DNA of 64,000 nt, from the NCBI GenBank assembly GCA_965113315.1, contig OZ220365.1. The stretch is one strand, 5' to 3'. Shown here in pieces: positions 35,137 through 47,183 of the stretch (the stretch's first letter is position 1; each line of letters begins with the position of its first letter). This DNA comes from Podarcis vaucheri (lineage: Eukaryota). The position numbers and the translations under genes are program-made. The notes beneath the pieces were generated by a model, which did no database searches, was not told the DNA's origin, and was given only the letters and a program-made list of their open reading frames with translations.

Positions 35137-36353
35137 AGTGCTGGCTTGTGGGACTTCAAATAAAATAAATGAAAATAATAGCATTGGCTTTCTCTGCATT
35201 TAAGCAGGGCTGACCAGAATCAGACACACACAAAGAGATAACTTACAGGGTCCCATAGAGGGTCCCATAGAGTCAAACTGGGTCTGCCTGGACTTCAGTC
35301 TGGGCCCAGTTTGGCCCCCTTCTATGGGACCCTGTAAGTTACCTCTTTGGCCCTTTTCTCGGCTCATGTGGAACCAACATGGATAGCTGGCCCTGATGAA
35401 TACTTGAGGTTCCCGACCCCTATGGTTGTAATTTGTGGGCAGTCATTTAAATTTATCCTGATTCTAATTTTTAAGCTGTATTTTAATCAATTGTTTCATT
35501 GTGTTTTAATGTATTTGATATTTGATGTTAGCCGCCCTAAACCCAGTCTTAGCTGGGGAGGGCGGGGTATAAATAAAAATTTACTTACTTACTTACACTC
35601 CAAGGAATGGTGTGAAGAATTCTTCCTCTCTCATCAGACTAGGACTAGAAGACGTCAAATGAAGATGAATGTTGGCAGATTTGGGTGACAAAAGGAGATG
35701 CTACCTCACAAAGTGCATAGGAATTTGCTCTTGCAAGAGGTAGTGAGGGCTACTAGCTTGGATGGTTTTAAAAGGGGATTGGACAGATGAATGAAAAATA
35801 AGGCTACTAGACACAATGACTGAGTTGTACTTTCACGGTCCGCTTCTGAATACCAGCGACAAGTGGGGAAAGTGCATAAGGACTAGATGGGTCATTGGCT
35901 GATCCAGCAGGCTTCTTGATGTTCTTATGAAACAGTAATAGTGTAAATGCAAGCATAGGAGGAGACCTGCCCATACCCCTGCTTATATTAAGAAGTGAAA
36001 TGGTGGTGGTGATGATGATAGCAACCACTGTGACCCACCAGGACAATTCTAAATAATAAAATAGATTTTCAGGATTCAAATGGCTTCTCAATTCTTTCAG
36101 AGGAAGATCTGTCAGTCTTTGGCAGGGCAACTAAAAAAACAACCCATCCATAGTGGATAACATTAGCCTTATAGTTTATTATTTCATTTTTAATTAAACA
36201 AAAAGTCTCTGTTGTTCCAGCACAGCACCGAGATTATTTCTCTGCTATTTCTTTGCGGGGGGGGGGGGAACGATCAGTTCCATTATTTGAACATGGCTAT
36301 TATATCACCTCTCAGTCTAAGCATACCTAACTTCCTCAACTGTTCCTCAACCG

Positions 36354-36592
36354 AGCCAGTGTGGTGTAGTGGTTAAGAGCAGTAGACTTGTAATCTGGTG
36401 AACTGGGTTCGTGTCCCTGCTCCTACATATGCAGCTGCTGGTCACACTTCTTTGAAGTCTCTCAGCCTCACTCATCTAACAGAGTGTTTTTTGTTGGGGA
36501 GGAGGGGAAAGGAGATTGTTAGCCACTTTGAGACTCCTTAGGGTCTCAAAGCGGGATATCAAATCCAAACTCCTCCTCCTCTTCTTCTTCTT
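36354..36592 (+). mobile_element. Squam3-like SINE inserted into a minus-strand CR1 fragment (36285-36700)
   Basis: tRNA head GCCAGTGTGGTGTAGTGGTTAAGAGC; CR1 sequence resumes on both sides. Confidence 0.85.
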
Positions 36593-39095
36593 CGGCTTGG
36601 TATCCTGACCCTTTCATCATCTTGGTCACCCTCTGTACATGTTCCAGCTTGTGAATACTCTTCTTAAACTGGGGTATGCAGAACTGGACACAGTAGTCCT
36701 GGATGGGAGTGTTCCTGCATACAAAGGTGCATGGTTCTTGGTGACAAAACTTGTATTCTGCACCTCTTGATTTTAGCTCTGCCACATCTTCCTGCGGAGT
36801 CTCTTCCACTGGTTGGTCGATGACTTCTTCCATTCCCCATGAGGCTCTGCTCTCTGCAGGAGGGGCAATGAAGAGAGCCCTTAGTTCTGATTCCGTCTCT
36901 TTAGTGTCATAAGGTGAGGACTTCTGTCCTCTTTTCCTGGTCACCAGCCTTCAAGCCCCTCTCCTCCTCCTCCCCCCCTATCTGGGGCTGCCCAAGTATG
37001 TCAGATCCTCACAGAACCCAGAGGTCCATGTCAATATCTGTCCTGTATCGATCCTGTCATTCTTTTTTTTTTTTGAAGGGAAATGTTGTATTTTGATTAA
37101 CTTCCCTCAAAACCAACCTTGATCCAATTGAAGGGGGAAAGCACAGTCCAGACACATTTTAAGCCAAAAATCTGTACACAGCCTTAGTTGTGCTAGAACA
37201 AGTAAGTTAAATAAGACCACGATTTAATGAGCAGGAAGCAGAATATCTCAAGGAGGTTTCCAAAAGTCTTCCTGGAAGATGATACCATCCAGAAAGGTCG
37301 TGTCTGAGATTATGAATCCCAAAACCCTGTGAAAATTGGGTTGGAATGCTGGTTTTTATTATCTTGTTTATATTAATGCTGGAGCTCTGAACTTCACTGG
37401 TACAGGTTATGAAGGAGGCAGGGAGAATTGTTTCCTGAAAGAAACAAAACTTTGGCTCCCTATAGGTGCTGGGAATGGGCAGCGTTTCTAATTCTAAGGA
37501 CAAGCTGGTATGAGGCACAGGGCATGTAGAAAATAATGTGCCCTACAGGGAGAGTGCTTTGGTGTGGCTTACAGGCTCACAGCCATTTTGCAGTTTCCAT
37601 AGAAACACGGAGGAGATTTTGAAACAACTTGCTGTGAAAGTTGACAAATCCATGAAGCATTGCCTGCCAATGCCCTTGTGGTGTTCGAGTGCATTTAACT
37701 CTCTTGTTTTCATGTGAGGTGAATGGATGTAATACAAACTATCAATTAAAGCCTTTTGAAAGTTGGAAATAAAGAGACTAAGTGGTTTTAAAACAACAGA
37801 GGGGTGGAATTGTGGAACGGTATCTTTATTCTCACAAGAGCAAAGAACGGCTGTATTCACAGATCACGTTAAACCACAGTTAAGCTGGGTTTAACTGTGG
37901 TTTGATGTAAACGAGCAGCATGCTCAGGAATTCCTACATCATTTCTCCCCAGATCTTGGCCTTGGCAGGAGCAACAAAGTACAAGTCTTGGATTGTAGTA
38001 TCATCGGAACCTGGGCTCATGGTTTGTCTCCCCCAGACAAACTACATACTGTTAAGACAAGAACAAGTGTTGATTACTGTTTGCGGTTCTTTGGAGAGAA
38101 GCAAACTACAGCTGTGAGTATGGACGACATAGTAATCCAAGGCTTGTTGTGTTTTGTTCCTCCCAGTGCAGTGTGGTGTGGCCAGAAGCTAAGAAGAGTC
38201 TGTCATCGCTCTCCCCAGCATTACCACTTTAAATATAACCAGCAGTGTGCTTTATAGTAATTGCAGCCTGTGTTTTTGATCTGGTGAACTTCAGGGGCCA
38301 ACAAGGCAGAGTTATTTATTTGCTGTTTCAATGTTTTATGAGTTTTCTTTTATTATAATGAAGACAGCAGGAGGTTGAGTGGCTGGCAGGGTCTAGCTGA
38401 GAATCCATATTTTCAAGTCTATTTTTGAGCAGACACAAAAGTTGGATCTCATCTGAAGCTGCAGGCGCAGTTATTATGTCTCTGGAGACATGGCAGGCCT
38501 GCACCTGCTTGACGTTAAACAATGCAGCTTGATTCAACGGTGTTCTAGAACTTGCCAAACAAAGAGTCTGGTGATCTCTATGGAGAAAAGGAATATTGTT
38601 GGCTACACACGATGGCTATATGCTATCTTCCAGATCAGCAGGCCTCTGAATAATAACAGCTCCTAGGGAGCAGTTAAGACGATTGCCCTCATATCTAGCG
38701 AGAGAGCTTTTCATGCTCTTATCTCCAGAATCCCAGAAGTATCTTTTTGGCCGCTGTAGGGAACAGGATTCTACTCGAGTAGACAGACCTTTGGTCCAGC
38801 AGAGTTATTCCATTTTCTTAATCCCTTTGTACTAGTTTAAGAGACCCTCTCCTCCTGTGTATAACATGTACTCCTAAATCAGCCTTGCAGATAAATAAAC
38901 AAACCCACAAAAGGTACAAACTCCACCTAGCAGGCTGGGATGGATTACTCTGCACTGGTCAAACTTTCCTTCCTCCATGTCTAGTATAGAAACCAAGTAG
39001 GCTGGTGAAGGAAGAATGGAATGATCCACACCTCTTCTGCCAGGCTGTTCACTCGCCTACATGGAATTTTGGGTCGCCTAGGGCTACCAAGTACA

Positions 39096-39449
39096 GGACA
39101 CGGGTGGCGCTGTGGGTTAAACCACAGAGCCTTGGGCTTGTCGATCAGAAGGCCGGCGGTTCGAATCCCTGCGACAGGGTGAGCTCCCGTTGCTCGGTTC
39201 CTGCTCCTGCCAACCTAGAAGTTCGAAAGCACATCAAAGTGCAAGTAGATAAATAGGTACCGTTCCGGCGGGAAGGTAAACGGCGTTTCCATGCGCTGCT
39301 CTGGTTCGCCAGAAGTGGCTTAGTCATGCTGGCCACATGACTCGGAAGCTGTGCACCGGCTCCCTCGGCCAATAAAGCAAGATGAGCGCCGCAACCCCAC
39401 AGTCGTCCGCGACTGGACCTAATGGCCAGGGCTCCCTTTACCTTTACCT
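39096..39449 (+). mobile_element. Sauria SINE
   Basis: GGACACGGGTGGCGCTGTGGGTTAAACC head; 13-bp TSD TAGGGCTACCAAG. Confidence 0.92.
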
Positions 39450-40481
39450 TAGGGCTACCAAGCAAGTTGTGAAATTTGAGGCTGCCCTGATCTATTCTGT
39501 GCCCCTGTGCAGTTAAAGTTGCTGGCTGATATACTGCGCTTGAGCCAGATGGATGCAGAAGACAATGCAAACCTTTGATGAACAGAATACAGAAGTGGAT
39601 ATAAAATGTCACCAGCAGCAATAGCACTAATGCAAGAGAAAACTGTTGAACTGGATTAGGTTGGGGGGGGGTGTGGAGAGACAATGATCAAGCAGTTCTT
39701 TCAAAAACTGTCCTCTGTGGTTACCCAACATGCCTGGAATAAACTCCCAATTATGAGCTATTGCAGCAACATCTGCAGGACCTCAAGAGGCTCCCAAATT
39801 ACTAAACTACAGCCAAGGTCCCCTGGCACACATAACAACAAAAACAAAGGCAACAAACCAGAGGCAGAAATCTTTTAAGAGAGTTAAAATAGAAGGCTGC
39901 ATTTTTCTTGCCCCTCAAGGGTTTCCAAATGCTGCCCCAGCAGCTTCCTAACACTTTATTTCAGCAACACTTTGAAGCTCTTTAAGAAAATTGGGATAAA
40001 TAAGTGGCGCTGTTTTTTTCCAGTTTGCAGCCAATAAACTAGAACTTTTCTTACTTCCCTGCAGTGATTAAAGCCTGTAACCACAGCAAACGAAATGGCT
40101 ATATAAATCCAGATAGCAAGTGTTACCTCCCTATAGGCGAGAAAATTAGAAAGGAAGAAAATCCCAGCCTAGTAACCCCTACTCTGCAACCACAATACAT
40201 TTCAGCCAGAAAAACATAAGAGGTAATGAAGCTGTTGCACATGTTCTCTGAGCCGTTGCTTTATTTTCATCTGGCTGAACTATTAAGGGAGATTACATGA
40301 CCCCCCTCTGGGCATGGAAAGGTGTGGAGGGAATCGTGAGCAAGCTCTGTTCCTCTGTCATCACCTGCACATTCAAGCCAGTGGCAACTGATGCCCATTG
40401 GAATTGGTGGGCTGGAAGGCAGGGAGCCAAACAGTAGGCAGAGCCAGAGCCAATGGCAGGCAGAAACCAACTAATTCTAGC

Positions 40482-41153
40482 AGACCCTCCAAGTGTCCCT
40501 ATTTTCCAGGGACAGTACTGGATTTACGGAAGGCGTCTCAGTTTCTGATTTGATCCCAGAATGTCCCGCTTTTCTTTAAAGGTAAAGGTAAAGTGACCCC
40601 TGACCATTAGGTCCAGTCGTGACCGACTCTGAGGTTGTGGTGCTCATCTCGCTTTATTGGCCGAGGGAGCCGGTGTACAGCTTCCAGGTCATGTGGCCAG
40701 CATGACTAAGCCGCTTCTGGCAAACCAAAGCAGTGCATGGAAACGGCGTTTACCTTCCCGCTGGTGTGGTACCTATTAATCTACTTGCACTTTGATGTGC
40801 TTTTGAGCTGCTAGGTTGGCAGGAGCAGGGACCGAGCAACGGGAGCTCACCCCATTACGGGGATTCGAACCGCCAGCCTTTTGATCGGCAAGTCCTAGGC
40901 TCTGTGGTTTAACCCACAGCGCCACCCACGTCCCGTTTTGCTTTTCTTTAGGATGTCCCTATTTTCACTGGAGGACATGGAATTATGCAACCCCGTAGCA
41001 GAGGAGATAAGAAACTATACAACCTCTAGAAGACATCTGAAGGCAGCTCTGTATAGGGATTTAAAAAAAAATATTTAGTTATGTTTTTATAATAGTGTAT
41101 GTTGGAAGCTTCCCAAAGTGGCTTGACAACCCAGTCAGATGGCTTGGGTATAA

Positions 41154-41202
<49 letters not shown>

Positions 41203-41242
41203 GGACATCCCTATTTTCATCAGTGAAATGTTGGAGGGTATG
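40482..41242. mobile_element. DNA-transposon MITE containing a nested Sauria SINE (40579-40934, minus) and an (AAT)n run (41154-41200)
   Basis: Ends CAGACCCTCCAA / TTGGAGGGTATG; SINE TSD GCTTTTCTTTA (40568-40578, 40940-40950). Confidence 0.8.
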
Positions 41243-43989
41243 TTCCAGTTTCTGCCCCCCTCCTCCTCCCTGCTTAGTTCTATAATGGCAACACTGAGTG
41301 CCACAACCTGGACTGCATGCAAGTAAGATGGCAAGTGGGGCCTGTCTGGAGGCAAAGCAAGTTGGGTGGAACAATACCCAATTTGCCCTAATGGACTAGG
41401 CTCCATGTACTGTAGATGCATGGGTGGGTGGATGTGCATAGAGATCCTCTATTTAAAGAGGGACCCTTGGCCAAACCGTCTTTCCCTGAATAGAAGCCAC
41501 CACCACCCCAGCAAGTTTTACTCCCTTTGTTGTAGCTTCACTGCATGGATGTCAGGAGGCGTCTTGGAGATGCAAGGAGATGTGGCAGTGCACAGAGAAA
41601 TTGGAGTTGGCCCACCCAGCTCCACAACCCCCTCCATACCTTATTTCAACACATGGAAGAAGTTGTGTTCTCCCCACATCCTGTGTCATTAAAGAACACC
41701 CATATTAGACTCACCAGACGATATGGCATATACATTTTGTTTTGGTCGGGAGACGCATTATGAATGCACCAAGTAGGAAAATCTGTAATACATCTCATCA
41801 AAGCATTGAAGGAACAGAAGGACTCTATTGTCTCTCAGATGGCTTGCATGGTTTCTTAAAAAGCAAAGGGTAACACTTGTCTGACTGACACACTAAGCAG
41901 GGAATATTTCCAGCTCAATTAAGCTTTATGGGTTGATAAGCAGGAAATGCAGACTCTTAAAAAAAAAAGAGAAAGTTATGTGGGACATGATTTCAAATGC
42001 AAATAAGGGCACTTGCAAGCTGTTGTAAAATTCTGGACAGTAGAATGTCTGACTGCAGGCAACTTCTTTTTTAATGCTTCCACCCTCAGTGGTGGTTGGT
42101 GCTCCTTGTGGGGCTGCTCAGAGGCCAATGAGTGGACACAGGGTTGCTGCCAAGTTGTTCTGGTTTTCTCCCCATCCTCCTCCCTTGCAAAACTACTGTG
42201 GGCATGTAAGTATTGTGATTTAAGAAATAGCACCTAACTAAACTAAGAAGCGTCTTACTCTGGTTCAGAAGGGGTCCCTGGTGTCACAATTTCTAGGGTT
42301 AGTTCAATGCCAAAGAAACTGTACGTTACTCAGAAATAAGCCCTCTTGAATTCCATGGGGCTTGCTCCCTTAGAAGTACAGGATTGTAGCCTGAATTTGT
42401 TAACAGGACGCAGGACTGTTAACAAGGGACCCGTCACCCCATAGATTTCCAAATTTATGGGAAAGGTTATCGTGCTCTCCCATCTTACTCACTTCTACAT
42501 CTTTCGCTTCTAGAATGTGGAATTGATTTAGAGGTGATTTGAGAGTTATTAATGAGGGTCTTTGGGGGATTAAACTGATTTGGGGTAAGATCTGTTGAGA
42601 AATTAAACACGGACAAGCAAATTATAGATCTGGAACAGGATGCCAGTTAATTGAAGATTAATTGAATAAATTGCTGAATTGGATGCAACTGTCCGGCTGC
42701 CTTCTATATAATCTTTACATTCTAAATATTCATCTATACATATAAATTAGCACTTGCAAATTTGTGTCTATACCTCTCCCCTCCCAATCTTTGAAGTGCT
42801 TAGCAACCTCCCTGTTTAAGATAATTTAAACTTTGCAAGATAAAATATTCTGTGGTTGTAACACCAACATGAGTAGTTAAGGCCGCAATCCCAACCCCAC
42901 TTACTTGGGAGTAATCCACATTGAATTCAGCAGGACTTACTTCTGAGTAGATGTGGTTAGGATTGCATTTTAAGTAGTTGGCCACATCCGTTTTTCTCCT
43001 GCATTGACAAATTTGTCTTTTCCAACACATTTTGGGAATTCAAAGCCATAAAATTAAAAATCAAGCTTTTGTCCTGTGAGTCAAGTAAAACTTATATCAA
43101 GAGTGTTGCAGAAAATAACAGTTCCTGTTTGGGTATATTTTTAACATATCCTATGCTTCCCCCACCTTCCTCCTAGCAACTACTTGATGAAAATGAGCTG
43201 TGTTGGAAACTGTGGAAAATGACTTTCTGGAGATTAAAAAAAACACCTCTCCTGGAAAAGCATAGTTATTATTATCTAAAAGTAGTTTTGTTACCCAGAG
43301 TGTGCCTATAGAAATTTTAACACAAAGGTCGTCAACCGCCCGTACATTGCCAGCATGTGAACAATTTAATTGCAATAATGACAACGTGCTTTCTCTAAAG
43401 AATAAATTGTAGCTGCAGTAAACGAGGTCTTGCAAAAATAATGCAACTGAGCAACCATAACAAACAACTATTGTGGCAAGAATAATCAGGTGACCCTGTT
43501 GTTAATTCTGAATCCTGCTTATGTGACCTTTCAGGGATGAGGGGCTGGGGGTGGATTTGACACCGAGAAACTGAGATCATTATTTGCGGCTGGTTATTAG
43601 AGTGCAAAAGCAGGATTCTGCCATCTGCTTGACTGGTTTGCTTTCCACCTCGATCCTCCTGTGGGGATTGCGGAGTTCCAGCCTTTCCCCCTCTAGCTTG
43701 CTAGACACCAAATGGACTGTAAAGTTGTAGGCTGAGTAAAATGAGGACTGGCCCTTGTCTGATGGTATCTCTGTTTGCTATCTTTGCTTATCACAGTTGC
43801 CCCCTTGGAGCAGGGAGGAGAAGAGAAGGTTCTGTGGCAGCAGAGAGGGGGGAGCAAGTGGCAGTTTTTACAGATCACTTTGCTGATCTGGGGAGCCAGT
43901 CCAAACCACTAGGCTGAGGTTTTCTGACAATCCAAAGGAATACATGTTATGCTATAAATAATTAAACAAACAAACAACACATATATGAT

Positions 43990-44094
43990 TTGTTTTTGTT
44001 TAGTCGTTTAGTCGTGTCCGACTCTTCATGACCCCATGGACCAGAGCACACCAGGCCCTCCTGTCTTCCACTGCCTCCCGCAGTTTGGTCAAAC
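43990..44094 (-). mobile_element. BovB (RTE) LINE 3' tip
   Basis: TTTAGTCGTGTCCGACTCTTCATGACCCCATGGACCAGAGCACACCAGGC is the reverse of the BovB 3' end. Confidence 0.8.
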
Positions 44095-44129
44095 ACATAT
44101 ATGATATAACACCACAAATGAACAACAGA

Positions 44130-44344
44130 TAGTGGAACCTCGGGTTAAAGACGCTTCAGGTTACAGACTCCGCTGACCCAGAAATAGTACCTCGGGTTAA
44201 GAACTTTGCTTCAGGATGAGAACAGAAATCGTGTGGCGGCAGCACGAGGCCCCATTAGCTAAAGTGGTACCTCAGGTTAAGAACAGTTTCAGGTTAAGAA
44301 CGGACCTCTGGAATGAATTAAGTACCTAACCCGAGGTACCACTG
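44130..44344. mobile_element. Tigger/mariner-type MITE
   Basis: AGTGGAACCTCGGGTTA ... TAACCCGAGGTACCACTG-TA. Confidence 0.88.
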
Positions 44345-45131
44345 TACACTTATTCAAAGACAGGATAATAGTTACCACTGTGACATCCCTTTCTTTTCTT
44401 TTGCTTTCAGAAGAAAAATACAAATACTTTCAAGCAATGCAAGCAAGTGTGGGATCACCTTAAGAAAATTTATTCTCCCTTAGAGGCAATGGAATTGATT
44501 AATAATGTTTAAAATGAGCCAAGAAGTGGAGCTACCCCCATCCTGCATGTTTAACTGAGGCCCACATTTGTCACTGCAGGAACCCTCTTATAAGATGCAT
44601 TCCTTCCTGTGTCTGAGGGTTCCCGCAAGGACAAACGTGTGCCTCAGTTAAAAACAAAAGGAAGTTTCCTCCTCTTCAGAATAATTTTCAAAGTATTCAT
44701 TTGCAAAATGCTGTGGATTTAATTAATTAATGTAGCACCCATGTGATTAATCAACTCAGTTTTCTTTGTTCAGGTGTCATATAGTTTTCACGTGTGGCTT
44801 GACAGCTGAGATGTGCATTTTCAGGACCTGCCTCATTCCTCGAACTATAACTTGTTTTAACTGTTTTTAATTCTGCATTTTAAATTGTCATAGTCCACTC
44901 TGGGACATGCTGGTAATAGGTTTAATAATAACAACGAGAGGCTGTTGTCCCTGTTTGCTCTGCTTGCTAGACCCACCTACCACCTAACCCCTTTCCCTCA
45001 CACCTGGCCAACTCCTCCTCCCTTTATGTATATATATATATATATATATGCTTTCGTAGATTTTCACGGGTACAGGAATGCAGGTTTTGGTGTCTTCGGG
45101 TGTCTTCCCGTGTAAGAGTCGGGGTGTCTGT

Positions 45132-45169
45132 GCGACGTTTCGACGAGGTCTCACTCGTCATCTTCAGGC
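45132..45169 (-). ncRNA. Minimal type I hammerhead ribozyme motif (PLE-type)
   Basis: Minus strand GC-CUGAAGA-U-GACGAG(UGAGAC)CUCGUC-GAAA-CGUC-GC. Confidence 0.85.
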
Positions 45170-45401
45170 TGGTGCTTTCGGCTTCTTGTTACTGGAACAG
45201 AGCAGAGTCTGGTGTTTGAGTTCCTATAAATACTGTTGAGGGGTGTGGTGTATAGCCTCCAACGTTCTGGGCAGAGAGGAAGTTCCTAGATTAGTGTGTC
45301 TTTTCTTCTTTTGTTCCTTAATTACTTGAGGGATATCTTGGGTGATTTCATGAGTGATATTCTGAATACCACTGGGTGGGTCATTAAGTGTAGATTAGTT
45401 G

Positions 45402-46571
45402 CTAAAGCTTTCGTGTCTTGACCTCTTGAGCTTGTGAAGAGTTTTTCTGAGAAGATGGCTGTGCTGCATTTAGTTGTGCTCTGGCTTGGCTTCGTGTATA
45501 GGGGCGAGCTGTGGTTTTGTGCCTTGTGCCAGCCAGATCTGTGTAGGGATTGCAGGGGGGTGCAGCATCCGGAGGTGCCACTATAGTTTGGCTACTGGAT
45601 GGAGTCTGTAATATGTCTGTGGAGAGGGTCTGGGTTTGGGTCTGGTGTGGTTGATTGGTGACGGCGTTCTGTGTGCCTCTGGTTCTGGTGTCGGTTTTTG
45701 TGGGGAGGGCTAATTTCCAGATGTCTGGCAGGCGGGACGTGTCGTCACTCTTGTTCATGTTGTGAGGGTGTTTCTCTATCTCGATGGCTTCCATGATTAT
45801 TCTCTTGTGGTGATGTTCCATGTTAAAGAGCAATTTGGAATCTGCAAAATTAATTTCGTGTCCTGTTTCTTTCATGTGTTGGAAAAGAGAGGAAGTTTTT
45901 TCTTCTTTTTTGACGGCATTCTTGTGTTCTGCGATACGTGCATTTATTCGTCTGTTTGTTTGTCCAATGTACGTGGCTGGGCAGACTTTGCAGGGTATTT
46001 CATAGACCCCTTGGTTTTCCAGCTGGATTTTGTCTTTTGGGTTTCTGAGGATATTGGCTATTTTTTGGTTGGTGCAGAAGGCTGTTTTGATATTGTGTTT
46101 ATGGAGGATTTTGCTAATTTTGTCTGTAGTGCCCTTGATATAAGGAAGGAGGGCCATGCCATTGTTTTCTTCTGTGTCTTGGTTTTTGGGGGGTGTTTCT
46201 TTTTGGATTAGCTTCGTAACCCTGTTTTTCTGGTATCCATTGGCGATTAACACATTTGAGAGATTCTGTAACTCAGTTGTCAAGTGGTCTTTGTCAGCCA
46301 GGCGTTTGGTTCTGGAGATGAGAGTCTTGGCTATGGAGTTTATTTGTGCAGGGTGGTGGTGTGATTGTGCATGTAAGTAGCGGTTGGTGTGTGTTTTTTT
46401 CCGGTAGATAGTGTGTCCTAGGGAGCCATCAGGTTTTTTGTAGATTAGGACGTCAAGAAAGGGGAGTTGGTTGTTGTCTTCTATTTCCATAGTGAATTGT
46501 ATTTTGGGGTGTAGGCTGTTGAGATGTGTGAGGAAGCTATCTAGTTTTTCTTTCCCGTGTGGCCAAATTAT
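45402..46571 (-). CDS. PLE reverse transcriptase C-terminus plus GIY-YIG endonuclease (partial)
   Basis: The 362-aa ORF-track protein extends without a stop upstream (IIWPHGKEKLDSFLTHLNSLHPKIQFT) to the truncation point; the catalytic YVDD region is missing. Confidence 0.88.
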   Translation of the reverse strand: MIWPHGKEKLDSFLTHLNSLHPKIQFTMEIEDNNQLPFLDVLIYKKPDGSLGHTIYRKKTHTNRYLHAQSHHHPAQINSIAKTLISRTKRLADKDHLTTELQNLSNVLIANGYQKNRVTKLIQKETPPKNQDTEENNGMALLPYIKGTTDKISKILHKHNIKTAFCTNQKIANILRNPKDKIQLENQGVYEIPCKVCPATYIGQTNRRINARIAEHKNAVKKEEKTSSLFQHMKETGHEINFADSKLLFNMEHHHKRIIMEAIEIEKHPHNMNKSDDTSRLPDIWKLALPTKTDTRTRGTQNAVTNQPHQTQTQTLSTDILQTPSSSQTIVAPPDAAPPCNPYTDLAGTRHKTTARPYTRSQARAQLNAAQPSSQKNSSQAQEVKTRKL

Positions 46572-46595
46572 ATATTTGCTTGTTTTATCTTAGGG

Positions 46596-47183
46596 TTTTT
46601 TTAAAATGATATTTATTATTATTTCATAAACAATAAAACAATAAAAATAATAAAAACAAGTTCCAACAAATTCAAAAAGCAAAACAGAACAAAGATACAC
46701 GATAGAAAAACAGTTGATAGAAAGAAATGAAATTAAAAAAAAGAATAAGAACAAAGAAAAAAGCCAAAAATCAAAACTGAAAAATAGATCAATATTTTCA
46801 AATCTTATATTTTCTTCACTAATTTCTCGACCTCTTCACACCTCCCATTTTGTATTCCAGTTCAGGTATTTAATTCAGCAAATCCTTACCCTTTAACTTT
46901 CAACCTTACTCCATATGTTAACCTATTATTATAAATATCCATTTTCAATTATCAGTCCCTATTTACATTTTCATAAGCATCTCTTTACCAGTACCACTTA
47001 TTTTCATTCAAACGTCAATTCAACATTCCTTAATTTTACAGTGCTTCTGCAAGTAATCTTTAAACTTCCTCCAATCTTCCTCCACCGACTCTTCTCCCTG
47101 GTCACGGATTCTGCCAGTCATCTCTGCCAATTCCATGTAGTCCATGACCTTCAGCTGCCATTCTTCCAGTGTTGGTAGCTCCT
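46596..47183 (-). mobile_element. L1 3' end (ORF2 C-terminus, 3'UTR, poly-A)
   Basis: WKTQELPTLEEWQLKVMDYMELAEMTGRIRDQGEESVEEDWRKFKDYLQKHC; AATAAA and A-tail at about 46596-46617. Confidence 0.88.

Larger units (their letters stand above)
45050..46571 (-). mobile_element. 5'-truncated Penelope-like element (PLE) with pLTR
   Basis: Open frame with RT thumb (LPFLDVLI, IYRKKTHTNRYL) and GIY-YIG nuclease (GVYEIPCKVCPATYIGQTNR..R..EH); hammerhead motif in the downstream pLTR; flanked by TA-rich sequence. Confidence 0.95.

Noticed and set aside
36354-36425. tRNA-like sequence (also at 21800-21869 and 16470-16545)
   Set aside because: These are SINE heads continuous with SINE bodies and tails, not tRNA genes.
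36742-37059. TGACA...TGTCA bounded segment, possible short LTR or MITE
   Set aside because: No TSD and no second copy in the window; not enough support.
39145-39684. 179-aa minus-strand ORF
   Set aside because: The C-terminal half is antisense Sauria SINE; the same peptide recurs at other SINE copies.
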